Positions 24,544 through 33,703 of a stretch of 64,000 nt of DNA are shown here, one piece after another. Where the stretch lies: positions 17,056-81,055 of the forward strand of contig JAZQMO010000019.1 of the NCBI GenBank assembly GCA_045543495.1. The letters are read 5' to 3'. This DNA comes from Eubacteriales bacterium (GTDB lineage: Bacteria > Bacillota > Clostridia > Oscillospirales > SIG627). Every line of letters starts with the position of its first letter. Position 1 is the stretch's first letter. The notes beneath the pieces are model-generated. The model was not told the DNA's origin. It was given only the letters and a program-made list of their open reading frames with translations, and made no database searches. Made by a program: the position numbers and the translations under genes.

Positions 24544-25914
24544 ATGAATGCAACTGAAAAATTATTATCCACCCTGCACCCCTTTCCTCCGCAGGAGGCT
24601 TTTTTTCGTGCCCGTGCACGGCGCATCGCCTACGGCGGGGCGAGAGGGGGCGGGAAGAGCTTTGCCATGCGAGCAAAGCTTGTGCTCCTTGCTCTGCGCT
24701 ATCCCGGAATTCAGATCCTTCTGCTTCGGCGCACCTTTCCCGAGCTTCGGGAAAACCACATCAATCCCCTGCGCCGCTGGCTTTACGGCATTGCCACCTA
24801 TCGGGATTCCACCAAGGAATTTCTGTTCCCCGGCGGCTCCCGCATCAAGCTGGGCTACCTTTCGGAGGAGGGGGACGCCCTTCAGTATCAGGGTCAGGCC
24901 TATGAGGTCATCGGAATGGAGGAGGCCACGCAGTTTACGGAAAGTCAGTATTACGCCATGACCGAGTGCTGCCGCTTGGCGGGGCAGATGAAGGAAAAAT
25001 TTGTGCCCCGTATGTATTTTACCTGTAACCCCGGCGGGGTGGGACACGCTTGGGTCAAGCGCCTTTTCATTGATCGGGATTACCGAGCGGGGGAGGATGG
25101 GAGGGACTATGTTTTCATTCCCTCCACCGTTTATGACAACCGCTATCTCATTCAGGAAAATCCCGAGTATGTGCGAAGCCTGGAGAGCCTGCCGCCCCTG
25201 CGCCGCCGAGCTATGCTGGACGGAGATTGGGATGCCTTCGAGGGGCAGTATTTCACGGAATTTGACCGTGCCAAGCACGAAATCGCCCCCTTTGCCATTC
25301 CCTCCCATTGGCATCGCTTTGCCGCCTTGGACTACGGCCTTGATATGACCGCCTGCCTTTTATTTGCCTACCCGCCCGATCAGAGCCGCCTTGTGGTATA
25401 CGGGGAATTGTATGAGCCGGATCTTGTGCTCTCCCAAGCGGCGGAAAAGATCGTGGAAATGACCAAGGGGCAGAATCTGCGCTATGTCACTGCCTCTCCC
25501 GACCTTGCGGGGCGGCGGCAGGACGGGGGCAAATCGGGCTTTGATATTCTGCAAAAGGGCGGGGTCAAGGGCCTTGTCAGCGCCGATAACGCCCGCATCC
25601 CCGGCTGGCGCAGAGTGCGGGAATTTTTGCGGGCCGAGGGAGAGGAGGGGGCGTATCTGGGCATCTTTTCCAATTGCCGAAACCTGCTTCGCACCTTGCC
25701 CTCCCTCACCTTTGACCCCATCAAGACCGAGGATGCCGCCCTGACGCCCCACGAATATACCCACGCCCCCGATGCCCTGCGCTACGGTCTGTCCTCCCTG
25801 CCCTTTCTCCCCGGTGCCCCTTTGCCCAAAAAGGAAGAAAAATGGGATGTGGTGCAGTCCTTTTTCGGGAAGGAGCGCTCCCGCAGCGATTATCTTGGTT
25901 TTTTGAAAAAATAA
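24544..25914 (+). CDS. Phage terminase large subunit-like protein (orphan)
   Basis: ORF 24523..25914; first ATG at 24544. Walker A YGGARGGGKSF, Walker B-like EVIGMEEAT, a C-terminal RNaseH-like nuclease block (ALDYGLDMTAC...) and the terminal HAPDALRY typical of TerL. Confidence 0.8.
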   Translation: MNATEKLLSTLHPFPPQEAFFRARARRIAYGGARGGGKSFAMRAKLVLLALRYPGIQILLLRRTFPELRENHINPLRRWLYGIATYRDSTKEFLFPGGSRIKLGYLSEEGDALQYQGQAYEVIGMEEATQFTESQYYAMTECCRLAGQMKEKFVPRMYFTCNPGGVGHAWVKRLFIDRDYRAGEDGRDYVFIPSTVYDNRYLIQENPEYVRSLESLPPLRRRAMLDGDWDAFEGQYFTEFDRAKHEIAPFAIPSHWHRFAALDYGLDMTACLLFAYPPDQSRLVVYGELYEPDLVLSQAAEKIVEMTKGQNLRYVTASPDLAGRRQDGGKSGFDILQKGGVKGLVSADNARIPGWRRVREFLRAEGEEGAYLGIFSNCRNLLRTLPSLTFDPIKTEDAALTPHEYTHAPDALRYGLSSLPFLPGAPLPKKEEKWDVVQSFFGKERSRSDYLGFLKK

Positions 25915-25960
25915 TTGACATCCCCTCCATCTTTTGCTACACTTTTTTTCGGAGGGTGCT

Positions 25961-26743
25961 ATGTTGAAGGAATTTTTTGAAAGGGAAGGGATCTTCTGTT
26001 ACGGAGAGATCCGAAAAGAAGCCCTTCGTGTGATAAACGAAAGGAAAATGCTTCGGGTCGAGGAGAAGCTGGGTGGGGTCGAAAGTGCGATCCTCTTTTT
26101 GATGCCCTATTATTCGGGGCAAAAGACCACCAATCTTTCGATTTATGCCCAGCCCCGTGATTATCACCTGTTTGCCAACTCCCTTTCCCAAAGACTTTTG
26201 GAATACTGGAAGAAAAAGGGTCTTGAGGGCTCCTTTTTCCTCACGGCCGATACTTCTCCTGTTGATGAGCGAAATGCCGCCCTGAAGGCGGGCCTTGGGG
26301 TGCTGGGGAAGCACGGCCTTTTGATCCACCCTCGTTACGGCTCCTTTGTGTTCATCGGTATTGTGTTTTTATCCAAGGCCATCTGTCCCCAAAAGGAAAA
26401 AGAGATCGCTTTTTGTCCACGCTGCGGTGCTTGTGTCTCTGCCTGTCCCACCCGCTTTTTGGAGGATGGGGGGGCGTGCCTTTCTGAGCTGACACAAAAA
26501 AAGCTTCTCACCGAAGAGGAGCTTGTCTTGGTGAAGAAGGCAGATTGTAAATGGGGCTGCGATCTTTGCCAAAACGCCTGTCCCCTGAACCAAGGGGTGG
26601 AGAAAACCCCCATTCCCTTCTTTCGGGAGGATTTGCTGGAGGAGTTGACAGAAAAGACGCTGTCCTTTTCCGATGAAGACCTTGCCTCCCGTGCCTTTTT
26701 CTGGCGGGGGAGAGCTGTTTTGCGCCGAAATTTGGATCGTTAA
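25961..26743 (+). CDS. Epoxyqueuosine-reductase-like 4Fe-4S protein (QueG/DUF1730-like)
   Basis: ORF 25934..26743. ATG 25961 follows a GGAGGG SD. Two ferredoxin-type motifs, CPRCGACVSACP and CDLCQNACP. Confidence 0.5.
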   Translation: MLKEFFEREGIFCYGEIRKEALRVINERKMLRVEEKLGGVESAILFLMPYYSGQKTTNLSIYAQPRDYHLFANSLSQRLLEYWKKKGLEGSFFLTADTSPVDERNAALKAGLGVLGKHGLLIHPRYGSFVFIGIVFLSKAICPQKEKEIAFCPRCGACVSACPTRFLEDGGACLSELTQKKLLTEEELVLVKKADCKWGCDLCQNACPLNQGVEKTPIPFFREDLLEELTEKTLSFSDEDLASRAFFWRGRAVLRRNLDR

Positions 26744-26838
26744 ACGGTAGACGACTTGGAATCGTCTGCCGTTTTTTGCATTTTTCTTTCCATTTTTGGC
26801 CATTTTCCGTTTGTTTTTTCCACGGAAGGGTCTAAATC

Positions 26839-26867
26839 TTGACGAAAAAAAGCACAAATGATATAAT
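26839..26867 (+). promoter_or_regulatory. Sigma-A type promoter
   Basis: TTGACG (26839-26844), 17-nt spacer, TATAAT (26862-26867). Confidence 0.55.
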
Positions 26868-26894
26868 GTTCTTTCTCAAAAAAGGAGTAACGTG

Positions 26895-29240
26895 ATGGAA
26901 AAAAGGCTTGTGTTTTGTGAAAAAGGCCGCAAAGAGGGATCCTTTTTCCGTAAGGCTTTGGTGGGGGATGTTCTCTTTAACAGCTTTTATCACCGTGAAT
27001 TTGAAATCAATTTTGCCAAAAAGGGCAGATCCAAAACCGCAGGGATAGACCGCACCGCCGCCTTTCTTTTGGCGAAAGGTCTTTTGTCCGAGGAGGAGCT
27101 TTCCTCCTATTACGATGCCCTTTTTTCTCTTTTTACCTTGGATTCCATTCACGATTTTGACTCCTGTTCCATTGAAGAGCTGTATGCCCTTTTGACCCGA
27201 AAGAGGGAAGAAATTTTGGGCAGAGAGCGCCTTTTGCAGGGCTTTCTTTTGGCCGCTTCGGAGAGCACACCCCTTTCCTTGAAAACGGGGATTGACCAAA
27301 GGGTGCGGATCCATACGCTTTTAAGAGAAAAGGAGTATCTTTTCATCGCCCTTACCGAGCCTCGGCTTTTTGCCACGGCAAAGGAGCAGCTTTCCCCTTA
27401 TGAAACAGAAAAAAAGATCCTTTGGATCGTGTCCGACGGGGGAGAAGAAGGCCTTCCCACCAAGGAACAGATCAAAGCCCTTTTGGGCACAGAGGCGGTC
27501 ACGGCGCCCTTGAAAAAGGGAACCCTTTCCCTTGAAGGGGAGGCTTCTGCCGAAAATGCCGCTCTGCTTGTTTTTGGAGAATCGGGGCTTTTGGATTGCA
27601 GAGGGCTTCTTCTTGACAGCGGTGTATTTTGCCTGCCCCGCGGCTATTTTGCTTCGGCTTTGGCAGGGCAAACGGGGCTTTCCCGCCCCGTGGCGGTGTA
27701 TGTTCCCGCAGGGTACGATATCCTTCCCTTCGTTCCCATCACCACCCCCACCCGCCTTCATTACCTGATCCTGGCAAAGCTTCATTCCCGCTTCGGAGAT
27801 GGGGTATATGCCCTTTCCCTTGAGGAGCTTTACGGGCGCTACCCCGAATATTTTTTCAATGTATATGAAACCTCCTTGCAGGATCGCTCGGAGAAGGCTC
27901 TCCCTGCCTTTTCTCCCGAGAAAAGGGAAAAGCGCAGTCCCGAGGAGCTTTATGAGGAGAAGAAATGTGCCATCTCAGAGCATTTTGCCTCTCTTTCGGG
28001 CTGTCGCTATTTTGAGCGATTGTTCACCGAGGAGACAAGCGGCATCAAGGGGAAGATCCTGGTTCACGGCGTGGCCGTCAAATCGCAAGAGGCTCGGGTG
28101 ATCCCCTGCGGCGAAAAGACCTCTCTGCGAGAGAGGATCGCTTCCCTCGGCTTTGAGGGAACGGCCGTTTCCTCCAATTTTCTCTTCTTTTTGACTCCCA
28201 AGCTTGCCACCCTCTATAACGATCTGCGCTCCTCCCGCCCTCGGGAGAGGGCACAGGTGGATGCGGGGCACTTGGATTATCTTTTGGAATACCGTGAGGG
28301 AAAGAGGGTAGAGACCTTCCCTCTGTTTGATAAAACCTGCATCGCCCTGAAGGAAAACGGAGAATTTGCCTTCTTCCATTTCCGCTTGGGCGGCGGCAAA
28401 ATGCAGCTGGGAGAACGTGAGATCTCTTGGAAAAAAGAGGATGTGGATCCCGAGAAGCCCGCTTCCTTGCCCGTTTGCATCTTCACCCCGTACCTGTCTT
28501 TGGAGGATGAGAGGGCCGATCGGGAGCAGTACACCAAGGCAGTGGGAGAAGGCCGAGTGAATTTCGTTCTGATTCAGGATCGCATCACCTGTATCCGTGA
28601 GGGAGATGTGCTCCTTCCCGGAATGGGCGTTGTGGTGAGTCTGGAACGGGCTCGGGGGCTTTCTCTCTTAAAAGCCCTTGGCGCAAAGCCCTTGGAGGAT
28701 GGCTATTATTCCCCCGAAGGGCTCGGCTTTGATCTTTGTCTGGATCCCCCCGAGGGCATGGCAAGGCAGGATTGGGATGGCGTCAAGTGGGCCTTTGGCG
28801 GCGGCCTTTCCCTGATCCTCGATGGCGTTGGCCTTTGCGACGGCGACCATATGGAATCTTGGTTCCGCCGAGACGGATGGACTACCCCTCTCTCTCGCCA
28901 AACGCAGGAATCCACCCTCCACAGCCTCGTCAAGCACCCCCGTACCGCCGTGGGCAATACCAAAAACGGAGAGCTTGTGATTTTGGTCTTTTCCGGCAGA
29001 ACCGCCTTTTCCGACGGAGCGGATTACGGAGAAATGTGCCGCATTGCCCGTATTCTCTGTCCCGATATTCAGAATTTAATGAATGTGGACGGCGGCGGCT
29101 CCGCAATGCTTGGCCTTGCTTACAATGGGAGCTTTACGGAATTGAGCCTGCCCTCCACCTCAACGGGCAGCACCGCAGGGCAGGTCAGACCCATTCATAC
29201 AACATTATTTGTCCCCATCAAGGACGGAAAGAAGAACTGA
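26895..29240 (+). CDS. Large protein with C-terminal phosphodiester glycosidase (NAGPA/DUF2233-like) domain
   Basis: ORF 26892..29240. C-terminal block FGGGLSLILDG...HPRTAVGNTKNGELVILVFSGR...NLMNVDGGGSAMLG resembles DUF2233. The N-terminal ~500 aa are unassigned. Confidence 0.55.
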   Translation: MEKRLVFCEKGRKEGSFFRKALVGDVLFNSFYHREFEINFAKKGRSKTAGIDRTAAFLLAKGLLSEEELSSYYDALFSLFTLDSIHDFDSCSIEELYALLTRKREEILGRERLLQGFLLAASESTPLSLKTGIDQRVRIHTLLREKEYLFIALTEPRLFATAKEQLSPYETEKKILWIVSDGGEEGLPTKEQIKALLGTEAVTAPLKKGTLSLEGEASAENAALLVFGESGLLDCRGLLLDSGVFCLPRGYFASALAGQTGLSRPVAVYVPAGYDILPFVPITTPTRLHYLILAKLHSRFGDGVYALSLEELYGRYPEYFFNVYETSLQDRSEKALPAFSPEKREKRSPEELYEEKKCAISEHFASLSGCRYFERLFTEETSGIKGKILVHGVAVKSQEARVIPCGEKTSLRERIASLGFEGTAVSSNFLFFLTPKLATLYNDLRSSRPRERAQVDAGHLDYLLEYREGKRVETFPLFDKTCIALKENGEFAFFHFRLGGGKMQLGEREISWKKEDVDPEKPASLPVCIFTPYLSLEDERADREQYTKAVGEGRVNFVLIQDRITCIREGDVLLPGMGVVVSLERARGLSLLKALGAKPLEDGYYSPEGLGFDLCLDPPEGMARQDWDGVKWAFGGGLSLILDGVGLCDGDHMESWFRRDGWTTPLSRQTQESTLHSLVKHPRTAVGNTKNGELVILVFSGRTAFSDGADYGEMCRIARILCPDIQNLMNVDGGGSAMLGLAYNGSFTELSLPSTSTGSTAGQVRPIHTTLFVPIKDGKKN

Positions 29241-29241
29241 T

Positions 29242-30663
29242 ATGATCAAATTTGGAACCGGTGGCTGGAGAGCCATCATCGGAGATGAATTTACAAAAGC
29301 AAACATTCAGCTTTTTGCCAAGGCCATGGCGGAAAAAATGAAGGCCGAGGGCTGTGCCGAGCAGGGCCTTGTTTTGGGATACGACCGCCGCTTTTTATCC
29401 AAGGAGACCGTCAAGTGGATCTGCGAGGTGATGGCGGTGGAGGGGATCCATTGCTATTTTGTGTGCCGCAGTGTGCCCACCCCTCTTATTATGAACCACG
29501 TAACAAAGTATGATCTTCCCTACGGCCTTATGGTCACCGCCAGCCACAATCCCTCCCTGTATAACGGCATCAAGGTGTTCACCCGCGGCGGCCGTGATGC
29601 AGACGAGAATCAGACCCGTGATATTGAAGCCTATATTGAAAAGGTGGAAAAGTCGGGAGAAGCGATCCTGACCATGGAGTATGAAAAGGCACTGGCCGAG
29701 GGACACGTCACCGAATTTTACCCCATGAATGAGTATGTGGATGATATTATGGCCAAAATCGATACCAAGGCCATCCGCTCCGCTCAGCTGCAGATCGTTT
29801 TGGATCCCATGTACGGCGTGGGGAAGACCGCTCTGACCACCATTCTCACCTCCTGCCGCTGTGACGTGGAGGTGATCCGTGAGGAGCACGATACCCTCTT
29901 CGGCGGCAAAATGCCCGCCCCTTCCGAGGATCGCTTGAATCTGCTTAAGACCACCGTGGTGGATCACGCCTACGATATGGGCCTTGCCACCGATGGAGAT
30001 GCCGACCGCTTGGGCGTCATTGACGATGAGGGCAATTACCTCCATCCCAATGACATTCTCGTTCTTCTGTATTATTATCTTTTGGAATACAAGGGCTGGA
30101 AGGGCCCCGTGGTGCGCAATCTTGCCACCACCCACCGTCTGGATGCCTTGGCTGAAAAATACGGCGAGAAGTGCTATGAGGTGCCCGTTGGCTTCAAGCA
30201 TATTTCTGCCAAAATGGCCGAAACGGGAGCCGTCATCGGCGGTGAGTCCTCGGGAGGCCTGACCGTAACGGGTCACGTGAAGGGGAAGGACGGAGTTTAC
30301 GCCGCATCCCTCTTGGTGGAAATGGTTGCCGTAACGGGAATGAAGCTTTCTGCTCTTTTGAGAAAGATCCGTGAGGAATTTGGCGATCCCTATATGGAGG
30401 AGACCTCCTTCCGCTTCTCTGCCGAAAAGAAGGCGGAGCTGATGAAGCGCCTGTTTGAGGACAAGGAGCTTCCCGATTTCAAGTCCTATGAGATCGACCA
30501 CGTGTCGTATCTTGACGGCTGCAAGATCTTCTTTGCCTGCGGTGGCTGGGCCATCATCCGTTTTTCGGGAACCGAGCCCATTATCCGTGTGTTCTGCGAA
30601 ATGAAGCGCAAGGAGGATACCGTTAAGATCTGCCGCATCATTCAGAACCATTTTGACCTGTAA
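29242..30663 (+). CDS. Phosphoglucomutase/phosphomannomutase-family phosphohexomutase
   Basis: ORF 29209..30663; ATG 29242 (MIKFGTGGWRA). Active-site loop TASHNP, metal loop ATDGDADRLGV, sugar loop GGESSGG. Confidence 0.85.
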   Translation: MIKFGTGGWRAIIGDEFTKANIQLFAKAMAEKMKAEGCAEQGLVLGYDRRFLSKETVKWICEVMAVEGIHCYFVCRSVPTPLIMNHVTKYDLPYGLMVTASHNPSLYNGIKVFTRGGRDADENQTRDIEAYIEKVEKSGEAILTMEYEKALAEGHVTEFYPMNEYVDDIMAKIDTKAIRSAQLQIVLDPMYGVGKTALTTILTSCRCDVEVIREEHDTLFGGKMPAPSEDRLNLLKTTVVDHAYDMGLATDGDADRLGVIDDEGNYLHPNDILVLLYYYLLEYKGWKGPVVRNLATTHRLDALAEKYGEKCYEVPVGFKHISAKMAETGAVIGGESSGGLTVTGHVKGKDGVYAASLLVEMVAVTGMKLSALLRKIREEFGDPYMEETSFRFSAEKKAELMKRLFEDKELPDFKSYEIDHVSYLDGCKIFFACGGWAIIRFSGTEPIIRVFCEMKRKEDTVKICRIIQNHFDL

Positions 30664-30790
30664 AAAAGAACGCTTGGGGCATCTTCCGAAAGGAAGGTGC
30701 CCCAAGCTTTGTCGGTGGCAGCGGAAAATGCAGTTGACAGAAAATGCGGGAGCCTTTATAATGGAAGAAACCAAGAAAGGAGTTTTCATT

Positions 30791-31345
30791 ATGACAGATC
30801 AACAAATGGTGGAACAAAGAGAAAATGTATTGGCAGGAACCGTCGGTGCCATCCTGTTTTCCTTGGCAGGGGGTATTTTGTGGTTCTTATTGTATCAGGT
30901 AGGCTTTATGGCAGGACTCAGCGGCCTTGTGGGCGTGATCTGCGCCATTAAGGGCTATTCGATCTTTGCCAAAAAGGAAAGTGTAAAGGGCATTGTCATT
31001 GCCATCCTCTGTGCCGTTGCCGTAATGGTTTTGGCTTGGTACCTGTGCCTTTCTTTGGATGTATATAAGGCGCATCAGGATTGGTATGCCAACGGTGAGA
31101 TCGATTACACCATCGGCTTTGCCGAGGCTGTGAGCGGGGCTTATATGTACCTGACCGAGGCGGATATTGCTCTGGCTTATTTTAAGGATCTTGGCATCGG
31201 CCTTCTGCTTTGCGTGGTGGGTGCTTACCGCTTTGTGATCGATGCGGTTCGCCGTGTGAAGCAGGAGAAAAAACTTGCTGAGGAAAATCCCGCAGCAGAG
31301 ACTCCCGTGAATGAGATTCCCCCGCAGGACGATCCCCGAGTATGA
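30791..31345 (+). CDS. Hypothetical membrane protein
   Basis: ORF 30653..31345. ATG 30791 follows an AAGAAAGGAG SD. Four predicted TM segments. C-terminal K/E/P tail. Confidence 0.55.
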   Translation: MTDQQMVEQRENVLAGTVGAILFSLAGGILWFLLYQVGFMAGLSGLVGVICAIKGYSIFAKKESVKGIVIAILCAVAVMVLAWYLCLSLDVYKAHQDWYANGEIDYTIGFAEAVSGAYMYLTEADIALAYFKDLGIGLLLCVVGAYRFVIDAVRRVKQEKKLAEENPAAETPVNEIPPQDDPRV

Positions 31346-31485
31346 AAAAACAAAAAAGATGCAGAACGGACAAACCGAGCAAAAAGCAAGGGGAAGCCTT
31401 GCTTTTCGGTTACCCGAAGGCGTACAAGAAAACGCCGAGAGGCGAGGTTTGTTGGTAGCATCAAATCAGTATTACGGTTTTCATC

Positions 31486-31530
31486 AAAAAAGGATTCTTC
31501 GGAAGTATTGTTCCAAAGAATCCTTTTTGT
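31486..31530. terminator. Bidirectional terminator hairpin
   Basis: GGATTCTTCGGA/TCCAAAGAATCC stem (one mismatch), with an A-run before and a T-run after. Lies between convergent genes. Confidence 0.55.
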
Positions 31531-31574
31531 TTTATGATGGGAAGAAGCGGTCTGCGCTTTTTCACATCCCCTTT

Positions 31575-32837
31575 TTATGCCGTCAGGGCGCCTTCCCAAA
31601 CAACAGGTCTTGCACCGTTGCCGAGCTGGCAGGTGATGCGAACGCTGTGGTCCCCGCCTGTGAACTTGGAGAGGGATCCCACCATAATGGAGGTTCCGAG
31701 GGAAAGGGTCTTCACTCCCGAATAGGTGGCACGGCAAGCCTTGGTTTCCACGACCTCGCCCTCCTTGATGAATTCTACATAAACATCGGAAATGTAGTAA
31801 TTGGCATTGACCTTGGCCTCACAGAGCTCCTTGGCGGAAATGCTGTCTCCCTCATAGGAGAGAGTGCATTGAGTCTCCTCAATGGGATCGGTGCCGAGAA
31901 ATTCTGCAAAGGTGTAGGGAATGTAACTGGAGGAGAAGAGATGGCTGAAGGTGAATTTCTTATCGATATTGGCCTCCATTTGGGCGGTAGTGCCGTCGGA
32001 GAGCTTGCGAGGCTCCCAGGTTCCCGTCTGATCCACAATGAGAACATAGCTCTTTTCCCCGTCAATGGTTCCATCGGGCGTTCTCTCCACCACAGGCTCG
32101 CCCGAGATCATCATCACGTGGCCTGCGGAGTTGTAATACACCACAAGATCGGCAAGTTTTAGCTGAGCGTAAGACTCAAACATCACCTGATCGCCGTTAT
32201 CGTGAACGATGGAGGCGGTTTTCATCTCACCCACCTTGGTGTTGGGATCGATCTTGTAAGGGCCAACGGGAATGAAGCCGTTGGAGGGAACCATTTCCTC
32301 GGTCAGGCCGTAATTGGCGGAATTGATCACTCTTGCCCAGCCCCAATGGGAGCCCCAAGAGCAGTGGTTTCCGAAATAGCGGGGATTCTTTCCGATCTCA
32401 GCCACATCCAAAAGGCCTGTTTCGGGATCGTATACATCCATCATACGGTAAACGTTACCCGTGCCCGCCATATAGGGAAAGCCCGTGTAAATCCCGCCCT
32501 TTGTTAAGCTGCGGTTCAGGGGGCCGTTGGGCTGGCTGGGGTACTTGTGATTGACCGAAGAGACCCAAGCCCAGCTTTTGGAAAACTTGAAGAAATCCAC
32601 ACAAAGCTGACGAAGCTCCTGAATGGACATGGAAGAGTTTGCAATGGGGAAGGCGTTGATCTTCTCCCAGCTGAGGCGGTCTGCCTCGGGAACGATATAG
32701 AATTCGGTTTCTTCTGCACTGCTCTCCTGTTCCTCGGCGGTCACGCTTTCATCGGTGGCTTTCAGCTCCGAGGCGGTGCAGGCAGGCAGCGTAAGGCAAA
32801 AGAGAAGGGCAAGGAAAAAGGCAAGGCTTCTTTTCAT
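31575..32837 (-). CDS. Hypothetical lipoprotein
   Basis: 420 aa. MKRSLAFFLALLFCLTLPAC lipobox followed by an acidic linker. Contains GNHCSWGSHWGW and SAGHVMMI, a possible Cys/His hydrolase pair. Family not recognised. Confidence 0.55.
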   Translation of the reverse strand: MKRSLAFFLALLFCLTLPACTASELKATDESVTAEEQESSAEETEFYIVPEADRLSWEKINAFPIANSSMSIQELRQLCVDFFKFSKSWAWVSSVNHKYPSQPNGPLNRSLTKGGIYTGFPYMAGTGNVYRMMDVYDPETGLLDVAEIGKNPRYFGNHCSWGSHWGWARVINSANYGLTEEMVPSNGFIPVGPYKIDPNTKVGEMKTASIVHDNGDQVMFESYAQLKLADLVVYYNSAGHVMMISGEPVVERTPDGTIDGEKSYVLIVDQTGTWEPRKLSDGTTAQMEANIDKKFTFSHLFSSSYIPYTFAEFLGTDPIEETQCTLSYEGDSISAKELCEAKVNANYYISDVYVEFIKEGEVVETKACRATYSGVKTLSLGTSIMVGSLSKFTGGDHSVRITCQLGNGARPVVWEGALTA

Positions 32838-32931
32838 AGTATCCTCCGGGTGATTTTATGCTTTCAGTATAGCAGAAAGAGGCGTGCATTTCAAGAGGTT
32901 ATGTAAAACTAACAATTTTGTAACAAAAGGA

Positions 32932-33291
32932 TCAGATCGGCCGAATCCAAACGATCTTTCCGTTTTTTCTTGCAAGATCGATCATCGATTTTGTCCCTCG
33001 ACTTTTTCCGTCCCAAAAGGAAATCAAAACATCACATTCCTCGGCAAGGAGCTTGTTTCGGATGGGGCCTGCTGCTTTTCCGTATTTCTCCCATTGGGCG
33101 GGATATACCCTTATTTCAAAACCAAAATCTGCGGCGAATTGTTCTCCCAAGCGGTCTGCCCCTCGACATCCGCCGGATAAAAATACGGGATTCTCTTTCA
33201 GGTTGGCTTTTTTCAGACATTCCTTAATGAATTGTTTTGCTTCCGAATAATTCTGATAGTCTCTGCTTCCCGCTATTACAATTTTGATCAT
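32932..33291 (-). CDS. SLOG-family / DUF2493-like protein
   Basis: ORF 32932..33300. ATG 33291 follows a GAGGTG SD. MIKIVIAGSRDY...FLSGGCRGADRLGE...GPIRN...GKSRGT, typical of DUF2493/SLOG Rossmann-like proteins. Confidence 0.6.
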   Translation of the reverse strand: MIKIVIAGSRDYQNYSEAKQFIKECLKKANLKENPVFLSGGCRGADRLGEQFAADFGFEIRVYPAQWEKYGKAAGPIRNKLLAEECDVLISFWDGKSRGTKSMIDLARKNGKIVWIRPI

Positions 33292-33383
33292 AGAAATCAC
33301 CTCAAGACTATTTTACTACCAAAGGATAGTAAAATCAATACTATTGTTTGATAGTACATATACTGAATACTGAGGTGAGGTAT

Positions 33384-33608
33384 TTGTATTATCCGAGATT
33401 GAAGGATCTTCGTGAGGATCGGGATCTGGTTCAAAAAGAAATCGCGGCCCTCCTTGGCATAGATCAAAGAGTGTATAGCAATTATGAAACCGGGAAGAGG
33501 GAAATTCCCACCCGTTTTGTCATTCGGTTGGCGAGGTTTTACAATACCTCCACCGATTACATCTTGGGATTAACCAACGATTCCGTTTCAAAGAAGAAAA
33601 AAGCTTGA
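33384..33608 (+). CDS. XRE-family helix-turn-helix transcriptional regulator
   Basis: ORF 33348..33608. Likely TTG 33384 after a GAGGTGAGG SD. RLKDLREDRDLVQKEIAALLGIDQRVYSNYETGKREIP is a classical HTH_3 block. Confidence 0.7.
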   Translation: MYYPRLKDLREDRDLVQKEIAALLGIDQRVYSNYETGKREIPTRFVIRLARFYNTSTDYILGLTNDSVSKKKKA

Positions 33609-33703
33609 GCTTTGCCTGCCAACAGTGAATCCGAGGCGGCAATGACTTTGAATTTGAGAGAAAAAGCAGAACTGTTCCCCGAACAGTTCTGCTTTTTTCT
33701 TTT

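Noticed and set aside
24414-24676. Short minus-strand ORFs (70 and 80 aa) upstream of thiT.
   Set aside because: They overlap the TPP riboswitch aptamer and its promoter, and the region is explained by the RNA element.
21371-25914. A complete prophage or integrative element around terS/terL.
   Set aside because: No integrase, portal, capsid, tail, holin/lysin or att-like direct repeats were found in the flanks. Only the two terminase genes look phage-derived.
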